DNA from: a virus
Taxonomy: Duplodnaviria > Caudoviricetes
Direction: 5' to 3' (one strand)
Length of the DNA: 28,458 nt
IMG/VR virus record: IMGVR_UViG_3300018079_000031
Coordinates: 1-28,458 of that record
Part shown: positions 7,444-15,375 of the stretch, piece after piece
How positions within the stretch are numbered: position 1 is the first letter of the stretch
Layout of the letters: the number at the start of each line of letters is the position of its first letter
Program-made: the position numbers and the translations under genes
Notes under the pieces: generated by a model
Databases searched by the model: none
What the model was told of the DNA's origin: nothing
Seen by the model: the letters and a program-made list of their open reading frames with translations, nothing else

Positions 7444-7572
7444 ATGCCATATCCCAAGAAGTTCACAAAGTTTGAGAAGAAAGTGACAAAGCCTCATCCT
7501 GATGACGCAAAGTCGATGGATGAGTATGTCACGAAGAAAAACGCGAAGAAGCGAAAAATGGCGGGGTACTAG
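7444..7572 (+). CDS. 42-aa Lys-rich protein not in the ORF track (MPYPKKFTKFEKKVTKPHPDDAKSMDEYVTKKNAKKRKMAGY)
   Basis: Fills the holin-adaptor gap; GGAAGG RBS; contains scaffold-like SMDEYVTKKN. Confidence 0.7.
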   Translation: MPYPKKFTKFEKKVTKPHPDDAKSMDEYVTKKNAKKRKMAGY

Positions 7573-7575
7573 TCA

Positions 7576-8301
7576 ATGGCACTCGCTACAGCCGGGGATC
7601 TAATCAAAGCGGCGATGAGAAAGAGCGGTGTTCTGCGCTCGGGTGGAACCCCCACGAACCAACAGAATCAGGACTTCCTCGACCTTCTCAACCTGATGCT
7701 CAGGAAGTGGTCGAAGCGTCCCGGACTCCAGGCTGTCCAGTACACGCGCCAATTCACCTGGGACGCAGTAGCCGCGTCCAAGACACTTGGGCCGACCGGT
7801 GCCGACTTCACGAACGCGCGCCCGCTGAAGTTCCTGGAGGGCTGCTCGTTCAAAGACACCGGCGCTGGCGTCACGTATCCCGTAGACATTATCACGAAGG
7901 TTGACTTCGACATGAAGCAGGTGCCGTCAACACAGGGCTACCCGTTTCAACTGTTCTGCCAGTTCGGCCTGACGAACTGGACTCTGTTTCCGTACTTCGT
8001 GCCGAGCACGGCTCTCCAGCTCAACCTGAGCACGCTTGAGGCGCTGGCAGAGTATACCTCGATTGCGAACCCGATTGCGTTTCCTATCGAGTACCACGCT
8101 GCGTTGCTCTACAACCTTGTCCTTGAGATTTCCGATGACGTGGGCAGACAGCCCAGCAGAAACGTCATCCTGATGGCTCAGGAAGAGCTGGACAGCATAA
8201 CATCTCTACACTCCACGCCCCCGCCCCTCGCGGATGTGGCGCCGATGCTGCGGGCCGCGAGCAGGCGATTCAATATAATGGATGGAGGTTTTAGCTCATG
8301 A
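7576..8301 (+). CDS. head-to-tail adaptor, P22 gp4-like
   Basis: TAGDLIKAAMRKSGVL..G.TP......DFLDLLNLML.KW N-terminus; FPIEYHAALLYNL-LEI; RRFNI C-terminus. Confidence 0.88.
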   Translation: MALATAGDLIKAAMRKSGVLRSGGTPTNQQNQDFLDLLNLMLRKWSKRPGLQAVQYTRQFTWDAVAASKTLGPTGADFTNARPLKFLEGCSFKDTGAGVTYPVDIITKVDFDMKQVPSTQGYPFQLFCQFGLTNWTLFPYFVPSTALQLNLSTLEALAEYTSIANPIAFPIEYHAALLYNLVLEISDDVGRQPSRNVILMAQEELDSITSLHSTPPPLADVAPMLRAASRRFNIMDGGFSS

Positions 8302-8615
8302 GGAAATTGGGGAGGGCTTTACTTATGGTTTTAGTCCTGGGGATCTCGCTGTTGGGTAAGGACAGAGTTAACAAGGACGTGAAAGAGATCATCAAGCAGT
8401 GCGGCAAAGACCCCAAGTGCTTCTCTTTGGTTCGTCAGATTCAAGTGCTCGACAACGAGAAGTGGAACACTGAGCCGTTGCTGATACTTCGGTCACAAGG
8501 AATTTCTGAGTTGCGGATTGCCCGCTTCAGAGGTGAAGATGGGGCTTATATCGTTCTGATGGTGCCCGAGCTTTCGGTAGACGCGGGACTGGTGAGGATC
8601 TTCGAGGGGAAATAG
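8298..8615 (+). CDS. hypothetical exported or membrane-anchored protein
   Basis: N-terminal MRKLGRALLMVLVLGISLLG signal/TM segment; C-x5-C pair; GGAGG RBS. Confidence 0.75.
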   Translation: MRKLGRALLMVLVLGISLLGKDRVNKDVKEIIKQCGKDPKCFSLVRQIQVLDNEKWNTEPLLILRSQGISELRIARFRGEDGAYIVLMVPELSVDAGLVRIFEGK

Positions 8616-8616
8616 G

Positions 8617-10380
8617 ATGCCGTCTCATTTGATCTCATTCGGTGACATGGCGTATCCGACCGCCAAATCGAACGCCGAATTAAACGAGAAGATGCTCGGG
8701 AAAATAATTGATGGCTATGTCAACGAGCTGAAGCACTACGTTAAGCGCAAGGGGTTGACCGACTTCGGAACGCAGGGTTCGGCCAAATGGGACGGCATCT
8801 ACCGCACGAAGGGACTGCCGGTAACGGCCATCCTCGGCGTCACGAACGGCGTAGTGTACCAGATCAACTCGAACGGCACATTCACGGCCTACACTGGGGC
8901 CACGCTCACAGTCGGGACTGTGCCACATTTCACTGAAGACGGCACGAACGTATTCATCGCGCACGGCGGCACCATCGCTAAAGTGGACACCGTGGCGCTG
9001 ACTGTGACAGCTCTCACCGGGGGGAACGCGCCCACCGGCGTGACATTCATCGCATATCTGGACGGGTTCCTCGTCTGCGATGGAGAGATCGGCGGTGGTG
9101 GGGTTCCGGGAGACCTGAATTTCTCAGATGACAAAGCCAATGGCTACATCGCTAGCGACTCTTGGGAAGTTTTCAATAATGAAGCTCTCGGGGATAGTTG
9201 TACCGCCGTGGCCGTGCAATGGCAGGAAATCTACTGCTTTGGGCCTGAGTCGATGGAGGCCAGCTACAACGATGGAGATTCGCCGTTTGCCCGCATTGAT
9301 GGCGGGATTAGTCCCTACGGAATCGTGGCCCCCGACTCCTTGCTTAACGTCGATAATACGCTTTACTTTCTCAGCCGTGTCGATGGTGCAATTCGGCTCA
9401 TGCGGATTGAAGGACGACGGCCAGTCGTAGCGTCAGAAAGCTATGACAGACAACTTCAAGCCCTCACGACTCCCAGCGATGGGCGCGCATTCCTTATCGT
9501 TGATGATGGAAAACCGTTCTATTGCGTGTCCTTCATCGCGGACGATATCACTTTCGCATTCAACCTCCGAACTCGTCAGTGGAGCCAGTTTGGTCTATGG
9601 GCCGGAGCCTCAGCTAGTGGGACGCTCACGAGCACCGGCGTGGCTCCGGCAGATGGTGACTCGGTTACTGTTGGAACGTACACGTACACGTTCAAAACAG
9701 CGCTCACTTCGCCCGCTGTTGCGGGAGAGGTTCTCATAGGCGCATCCGCAGCAGCAGCCTTAGACAATTTAAAGAGTGCTGTCAATGGGACGGCGGGGGC
9801 CGGAACGACCTACGGAGACGGGACGCTTACAAACGATCAAGCGACGGCCACAACGAACACTGACACGACGCAGCTCTTCGTTTCCTTCTACTCAGGAACG
9901 TTTGGAAACAGTGTTGCCACTACGGAGGCCTCAATAGTTCTCAGCTTCGGGGCAGCTACGCTCACGGGCGGCACAGAGTCTTATGGAGCCTTCGCGGGGC
10001 AGTGCTCAGAATTTTGGGTAGAACAGCAGAAATATCTTGTGGGCGACCGCAGAGCCAACGGCAAGATGTACTCCTACGCGGGTGGGCTTGACGGTGCGGC
10101 CACGATCAGAATGCAGCTTGATTCGAACGTGCACCAGAAAGGAAGTCTCCACAAGAAATTCGAGGGAACCTTGGTATTCGATCAAGTCGGATCTTCGCGC
10201 ATCAGGTTCCGTGAGCCCGGAGTAGCCTTCGAAGAGTTCTTCTACACGGTTGCTGACGGCTATTCCAACGCAATCATGTTCGGGGAGTACATCAACAGGC
10301 AGTATCAAGTGGTGCATGAAGCTAACGAGCCGTTCATCCTGATGGAAGCCGAAGAATGGTATGAAGTGGGGATGCACTGA
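8617..10380 (+). CDS. packaged-DNA stabilisation / tail hub protein, P22 gp10-like beta-propeller, with one inserted module (about 9607-9972)
   Basis: Follows the gp4-like gene; VTFIAYLDGF, EIYCFG-ES-E, PFARIDG, DNTLYFL, DGKPFYCVSF...DITFAFNLRTRQW, LVGD---GKMY patterns. Confidence 0.85.
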   Translation: MPSHLISFGDMAYPTAKSNAELNEKMLGKIIDGYVNELKHYVKRKGLTDFGTQGSAKWDGIYRTKGLPVTAILGVTNGVVYQINSNGTFTAYTGATLTVGTVPHFTEDGTNVFIAHGGTIAKVDTVALTVTALTGGNAPTGVTFIAYLDGFLVCDGEIGGGGVPGDLNFSDDKANGYIASDSWEVFNNEALGDSCTAVAVQWQEIYCFGPESMEASYNDGDSPFARIDGGISPYGIVAPDSLLNVDNTLYFLSRVDGAIRLMRIEGRRPVVASESYDRQLQALTTPSDGRAFLIVDDGKPFYCVSFIADDITFAFNLRTRQWSQFGLWAGASASGTLTSTGVAPADGDSVTVGTYTYTFKTALTSPAVAGEVLIGASAAAALDNLKSAVNGTAGAGTTYGDGTLTNDQATATTNTDTTQLFVSFYSGTFGNSVATTEASIVLSFGAATLTGGTESYGAFAGQCSEFWVEQQKYLVGDRRANGKMYSYAGGLDGAATIRMQLDSNVHQKGSLHKKFEGTLVFDQVGSSRIRFREPGVAFEEFFYTVADGYSNAIMFGEYINRQYQVVHEANEPFILMEAEEWYEVGMH

Positions 10381-11396
10381 TGGGAGTATCACGAACTTTT
10401 AACGGGTCAGTGTCCAATTATTTGGACACTGTTGACAGGTTTTTGTTTGACGGTGCATCGGCTCAATGCGCTTGGATTAGAGTTGCATCGTTGACCGGTG
10501 AGAAAGTAATTTTTGGGAACAAGCACTTTCAGGCTGGAACATCGCCACCCGGAGGCTACCGACTTGTAATAACCGGGAGTAGTCAACTCTCTATAAAGTG
10601 GATCAGCGGCGGTTCAGCATGGGAGTTGTCGAAGCCACTTATCATACTCGGCGGGGCATCCCAAGACTGGCTGCAAGTTGGATTATCGCTGTTTGTGGCG
10701 GTAAACATAACAAGCACCAGTCCCCCGCCGTCTGCCGAGTTTTTTGTCGGTTTGATCCCTAGCGGTGTTGTTTCTTTGGGGACATCTAGCGGTGGGGGAG
10801 TGATACTCAGCAATTCTGCCGATAAGGTGTTTGTCGGGGCCGTAAACAATATTGGAACACCAGAGGAAGCCTTTAATGGAAAGCTGCAAAGGGTTGGACG
10901 ATGGGGTGGACTGAATCTGACACTGGCCGAACTAAAGGCGGTGGCAGTGTGTGGGGCTACGCCTCCCTTTGCAGCATCAAACACATTTTTCTACGAAATG
11001 ACCGGAGCAAGCCCAGAGCCAAACACCGGTCTGGGTGGGGGTGGGGCCACGATTGTTGGAAGCCTACCGCTCGGCCCCGACCTTTGCACAGGTGGATCAG
11101 AAGCAGTAGCAATTCCTCCTGGGAATCCCTCGATTGTTTCTCCGGGACTCCCCCATTTCTCAGGCGGCCCCGGCGGCGGGTTACAAATTCCGACGCTCAG
11201 CTTCGATGATGGCGGCCCGGCACATCTCGACCCAACTACGGGGAATGCCCGGATAGTTCAAGCCCCTGATTGGGGAAGCATGGGCATCAAGGGCAGTAGA
11301 GGCGGCCAAAAAGGCGGTCAACTCGCGCAGCGTCAGTCAGGCATGTACCGGGGACTGGATCACCTTGCAGCCAAGTTGAGGGGAAAACGGAAATGA
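10380..11396 (+). CDS. tail-associated protein with LamG/concanavalin A-like domain
   Basis: SRTFNG---Y, CAWIR, VFVGA...FNGKLQRVGRW...LT-AEL pattern; Gly/Pro-rich C-terminus. Confidence 0.7.
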   Translation: MGVSRTFNGSVSNYLDTVDRFLFDGASAQCAWIRVASLTGEKVIFGNKHFQAGTSPPGGYRLVITGSSQLSIKWISGGSAWELSKPLIILGGASQDWLQVGLSLFVAVNITSTSPPPSAEFFVGLIPSGVVSLGTSSGGGVILSNSADKVFVGAVNNIGTPEEAFNGKLQRVGRWGGLNLTLAELKAVAVCGATPPFAASNTFFYEMTGASPEPNTGLGGGGATIVGSLPLGPDLCTGGSEAVAIPPGNPSIVSPGLPHFSGGPGGGLQIPTLSFDDGGPAHLDPTTGNARIVQAPDWGSMGIKGSRGGQKGGQLAQRQSGMYRGLDHLAAKLRGKRK

Positions 11397-13525
11397 GTCT
11401 GCACGGCAACCCAAACAACAGAGAGGCTGGCAGCTACACGAAAGCATTTCAGAACAGCTTTTATCAGATCGTGCACGGAATTCAACGCACGTTTGACTCT
11501 CTGACGGATAACTTCGTCGGCACATCGAACGATATCAATTCAAAACGGGCATTCTTGGATCACGCCAGGTCGTTTTTCGAGGTTGCTGTAGGATCGGCCA
11601 ATTCCGCCTTAACCCTAACAAGAAAACTAGGGTTGAGAGTCATTTCATTGATCGTCGAGGAGCGTAATCTGATTCTCGCGGCTCAGATATTTGCCATTCG
11701 CGTTAAGGACTCATTTGAGATTGTGGCAGGAACTGCTATTACAGTCACCCGGAAACTTGGGCAGCGAGTCATAAATGCCGTAGTCGATGACTCCAGCTCA
11801 GTTCTTTCCGGACAAGCATTCAGCAAGCGCACCAAAGAGCAGGATCGCCTGAAAGCGGGGACAAGCATTACGCTGACCCGAAAGCTCGGTGAAACCACGA
11901 TCTCTGCCCCAGCAACTGTTTCCGGAGACGATCAGCAAATCATTGAGCCCGGGCAGGTCTTTTCCCGCAGAGTGCGCGACTTTTTCGAGGTTGCAGCAGG
12001 GACGGCAGTCGGTATCACCAAGAAACTTGGGCAGAGGATTCTTGCAGTAATTGTCGAGGAGTCAAACCTGATTCTAGCGGGCCGGTCTTTCCGAACCAGT
12101 GATAAACTAGTGGATAGATTAAAGGCCGGATCGAACGTCACCTTGACCCGAAAATTGGGTGAGGTTACGATTGCTTCGACCGGAGGAGGAACAGCGGTTG
12201 ACGATCAGAACATGATTGAGGCAGGACAGGTCTTTGGAAAGAGGGCCGATAGAGTCGATAATCTGAAGGCCGGGACAAATGTTACGCTCACTCGAAAGGC
12301 AGGGCAGGTGACGATTGCGTCAACCGCGTCGGGTGGAACATCGTTTACAGAAGTAGAAATAGAACTAGGCCAAGCGTATAGAATATGGACTAGTAGAGTA
12401 AGCGCCGTTGATAACACATGGCAATCAGTCACCTTCGGAAACAACCTTTTTGTCGCGGTCTCTTCTAGTGGAATCGGAAATCGGGTGATGACCAGTCCAG
12501 ATGGGATCACCTGGCCTAGTAGAGTAAGCGCCGTTGATAATAACTGGCGATCAGTCACCTTCGGAAACAGCCTTTTTGTCGCGGTCGCTGATAGTGGAAT
12601 CGGAAATCGGGTGATGACCAGTCCAGATGGGATCACCTGGACGATTCAAACGAGCGCCGTTGATAATAACTGGCAATCAGTCACCTTTGGAAACAACCTT
12701 TTTGTCGCGGTCTCTTCTAGTGGAATCGGAGATCGGGTGATGACCAGTCCAGATGGGATCACCTGGACTAGTAGAGTAAGCGCCGTTGATAATCTCTGGC
12801 TCTCAGTCACCTTCGGAAACAACCTTTTTGTCGCGGTCTCTCTTGATGGAATCGGAAATCGAGTGATGACCAGTCCAGATGGGATCATCTGGACTAGTAG
12901 AGTAAGCGCCGTTGATAACACCTGGCAATCAGTCACCTTCGGAAACAACCTTTTTGTCGCGGTCTCTGCTAATGGAATCGGAAATCGGGTGATGACCAGT
13001 CCAGATGGGATCGTCTGGACTAGTAGAGTAAGCGCGGCTGATAATGCTTGGCGATCAGTCACCTTCGGAAACAACCTTTTTGTCGCGGTCTCTGATAGTG
13101 GAATCGGAAATCGGGTGATGACCAGTCCAGATGGGATCACCTGGACGATTCAAACGAGCGCAATTGATAATACCTGGGAATCAGTCACCTTTGGAGTCAC
13201 CTTCGGAAACAGCCTTTTTGTCGCGGTCTCTTCTAGTGGAATCGGAAATCGGGTGATGACTTTTGGGGCGAGCCCCGCGCAATATTCTGGAACTTTCGAC
13301 ATCGCCGGGCTTTCAGGTCTCACGGCTAATAAGCAAGTGCTGATTCAGCAGAAAGCCGGGCCTTATACCGGTAAAGGCGACCGGCAGGATGAGGCAGAAA
13401 TGGATCAGGTTCACATCACTGGATACGTCGTTGACGCCACCACAATCCGTGCTTACTGGGCCTGTATGCCCCACGGCGGCCCGATGGTGGGAAACGTGAA
13501 ATTTGGCTATGCAGTGAGCGCCTAG
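11393..13525 (+). CDS. tail fibre / receptor-binding protein: six AG(T/S)-x-(I/V)-T-L-T-RKLG shaft repeats, 7-bladed beta-propeller, C-terminal domain
   Basis: Repeats are visible in the translation; located in the tail module. Confidence 0.85.
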   Translation: MSLHGNPNNREAGSYTKAFQNSFYQIVHGIQRTFDSLTDNFVGTSNDINSKRAFLDHARSFFEVAVGSANSALTLTRKLGLRVISLIVEERNLILAAQIFAIRVKDSFEIVAGTAITVTRKLGQRVINAVVDDSSSVLSGQAFSKRTKEQDRLKAGTSITLTRKLGETTISAPATVSGDDQQIIEPGQVFSRRVRDFFEVAAGTAVGITKKLGQRILAVIVEESNLILAGRSFRTSDKLVDRLKAGSNVTLTRKLGEVTIASTGGGTAVDDQNMIEAGQVFGKRADRVDNLKAGTNVTLTRKAGQVTIASTASGGTSFTEVEIELGQAYRIWTSRVSAVDNTWQSVTFGNNLFVAVSSSGIGNRVMTSPDGITWPSRVSAVDNNWRSVTFGNSLFVAVADSGIGNRVMTSPDGITWTIQTSAVDNNWQSVTFGNNLFVAVSSSGIGDRVMTSPDGITWTSRVSAVDNLWLSVTFGNNLFVAVSLDGIGNRVMTSPDGIIWTSRVSAVDNTWQSVTFGNNLFVAVSANGIGNRVMTSPDGIVWTSRVSAADNAWRSVTFGNNLFVAVSDSGIGNRVMTSPDGITWTIQTSAIDNTWESVTFGVTFGNSLFVAVSSSGIGNRVMTFGASPAQYSGTFDIAGLSGLTANKQVLIQQKAGPYTGKGDRQDEAEMDQVHITGYVVDATTIRAYWACMPHGGPMVGNVKFGYAVSA
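12386..13260 (+). repeat. seven tandem near-identical 126-bp coding repeats (42-aa blades with Asp-box-like TSPDGITW)
   Basis: Units start at 12386, 12512, 12638, 12764, 12890, 13016, 13142; the last carries a 12-bp VTFG duplication. Confidence 0.97.
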
Positions 13526-13538
13526 AGGATAAATCATC

Positions 13539-14219
13539 ATGGCAGTTATTCAAGATCCAATCACGTTAGCTTTACAGGCAATTGATCCAACGTTCAGAGC
13601 TGCACGGGTTAGCAGCCGACCATTGGACTACGGATCACTGGGGCATTATCGGATCTCAATGGCAACCGGAACAATTGGCGCGGCTCTAGCGGCGAACGCT
13701 GAGCTTTTCCAGTTTAGATGGACGGATGCCACGCGGTTTGCGGTGGTACAGAAAATCTTGATCGGCGCCGGAGCCAATGCAGCCGCAACAGGGGCGGCTC
13801 TAGTAACTCTAGAGGCTACTATTGCTCGATCTTGGACGGTAGCCGGAACTGGGGGTGCTACCGCTACTCTGACAGCAAATAATCAAAAGGTCAGAACGAC
13901 CGGCATGGGAACCACTCTGCTGGGAGAGGTCAGAATCGCTACTACTGCCGCTCTGGGAGCGGGAACTAAAACCCTTGATTCTCAGGGTGTAGGCAATAAA
14001 ACTCTCGGAATTGGTACCGGAGCTATTACCACGTCTCACCGTCTTGATCTGATGGAAAAAACGGATCTGCTAGAAGTTGATGCAGACGGGTCGGTACATC
14101 CGTTAATACTTGCTCAAAATGAGGGTTTCGTGATTAAGAATGGCGCAACGGCTTGGCCAGCGGCGATGACTTGGGCTCTTGGTGTTACAGTTGTTTGGGC
14201 AGAAGTTACTGCCTACTAA
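13539..14219 (+). CDS. putative virion structural (tail) protein
   Basis: 226 aa, Ala/Thr/Gly-rich beta-type sequence, PLILAQNEGFVI...W-E C-terminus; GAGGA RBS. Confidence 0.75.
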   Translation: MAVIQDPITLALQAIDPTFRAARVSSRPLDYGSLGHYRISMATGTIGAALAANAELFQFRWTDATRFAVVQKILIGAGANAAATGAALVTLEATIARSWTVAGTGGATATLTANNQKVRTTGMGTTLLGEVRIATTAALGAGTKTLDSQGVGNKTLGIGTGAITTSHRLDLMEKTDLLEVDADGSVHPLILAQNEGFVIKNGATAWPAAMTWALGVTVVWAEVTAY

Positions 14220-14233
14220 AAGGAGATTCAAAG

Positions 14234-14524
14234 ATGGCAATTTCTATCGTCAATGACAGCATTAGTTCCATCCTTGCCGGGGGTGCCGGGGACACCATTC
14301 AGATTAATGTACTTTGCAGTACAATTCAGGTGTTCAATCGGTCTTTGACTGACTCGATCTTCGTGCGGTTAGATGGGATTAACCCAACGGTGGCGGGAGA
14401 CGGCACCAGAGTTGTTCTACCTGGAGCGTCTCGCCAGTTTGGAACTCCCGACCCTAATTTTCCAGAAATCCGGCTTATCTCAAACGGTCTGTCAACGGCT
14501 TACACAGTTGAGTGTTTTCCCTAA
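14234..14524 (+). CDS. small putative virion beta-sandwich protein (96 aa)
   Basis: AAGGAG RBS before ATG 14234 (start corrected from track 14153). Confidence 0.75.
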   Translation: MAISIVNDSISSILAGGAGDTIQINVLCSTIQVFNRSLTDSIFVRLDGINPTVAGDGTRVVLPGASRQFGTPDPNFPEIRLISNGLSTAYTVECFP

Positions 14525-14535
14525 AGGAGAAAATC

Positions 14536-14901
14536 ATGAAAAGAACTCTTAATGTATTCCCCGCAACTTTGGTGGTATCCCCGAACGACTTAGCTCAGAT
14601 TTCTAGTCTGTCTGAAACGCTGGATACCGCTGTTCCGATGGCAAAGCTCACGCTAAATAAGCTCACCCCTTTGGGTGTGGAACCAAAAGTTTTTCTGTAT
14701 AAACTAGAGGCGGCAGATGCACGGCTTTGGAAGCAGAATATTACTTTTGACATTGGGACAAACCCTTTGATGACGTTTGATGTTGTTGATTTTTGGCGAT
14801 TATCTGAATTTTCAGCGCAGCGAACGTTGAGAACGGCTTTGATTTCCCTCGTTGCGAAATATCCAGATCTTGAGAAAGTGACTTACGACTACTTGGCCTA
14901 G
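14536..14901 (+). CDS. hypothetical protein (121 aa)
   Basis: AAGGAG RBS before ATG 14536 (start corrected from track 14512). Confidence 0.75.
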   Translation: MKRTLNVFPATLVVSPNDLAQISSLSETLDTAVPMAKLTLNKLTPLGVEPKVFLYKLEAADARLWKQNITFDIGTNPLMTFDVVDFWRLSEFSAQRTLRTALISLVAKYPDLEKVTYDYLA

Positions 14902-14910
14902 GAGAAAACA

Positions 14911-15270
14911 ATGGCAACCTACACACGACTTTTACTCTCGGGCGCTGGGGCGGGTGGAATCCCGATTATCGTTGTTGCAACCGCCACTCCCGGAACTCTT
15001 ATCCATACCGCCGTTGCGGGAACCGCGAGCTTTGATGAGGTATACCTCTGGGTGTCGAATGTCACGGCTTCTGATGCTACGCTGACAATCGAGTGGGGAT
15101 CAGTGGTCGATCCTGGCGGATTGATGACAAAAGCCGTGGTTGTTCCGGCTAACAGTCCTCCGACCCAAATTTCTTTTGGTGTTCCTGTGAATGGAACCGT
15201 GATTGTTCGGGCGTTCTCGGGGACAGCTTCAGCTCTGAACATCACAGGGTTCATCAACAGGATCGCGTAA
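14911..15270 (+). CDS. small virion structural protein (ATATPGTLIHT...DEVYLW-SN...LTIEWG type)
   Basis: AGGAG RBS; pattern recalled from phage tail-region jelly-roll proteins. Confidence 0.78.
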   Translation: MATYTRLLLSGAGAGGIPIIVVATATPGTLIHTAVAGTASFDEVYLWVSNVTASDATLTIEWGSVVDPGGLMTKAVVVPANSPPTQISFGVPVNGTVIVRAFSGTASALNITGFINRIA

Positions 15271-15278
15271 GATATAAT
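15250..15278 (+). promoter_or_regulatory. sigma70-like promoter immediately upstream of the tRNA-like element
   Basis: TTCATC (15250-15255) - 17 nt - TATAAT (15273-15278); predicted start about 15284-15286. Confidence 0.5.
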
Positions 15279-15285
15279 ACTGGGA

Positions 15286-15357
15286 GTGAGGCAGCCTTGG
15301 TAGGCACGGGCGGTTGTGACCCGCCTGGAGTCGGTTCGATTCCGACGCTGCACCCCA
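15286..15357 (+). tRNA. atypical tRNA-His(GUG)-like gene
   Basis: Anticodon arm GGCGG-TTGTGAC-CCGCC (GTG 15316-15318); T arm GTCGG-TTCGATT-CCGAC; C discriminator plus encoded CCA; acceptor GTGAGGC/GCTGCAC with an A.G mismatch; short D arm. Confidence 0.75.
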
Positions 15358-15375
15358 TCTTAAAGGGCAACGACA

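Noticed and set aside
12386-13260. CRISPR array or DGR template/variable repeat pair
   Set aside because: Units are contiguous in-frame 126-bp coding repeats with no unique spacers; differences are not restricted to adenines and no reverse transcriptase is in the window.
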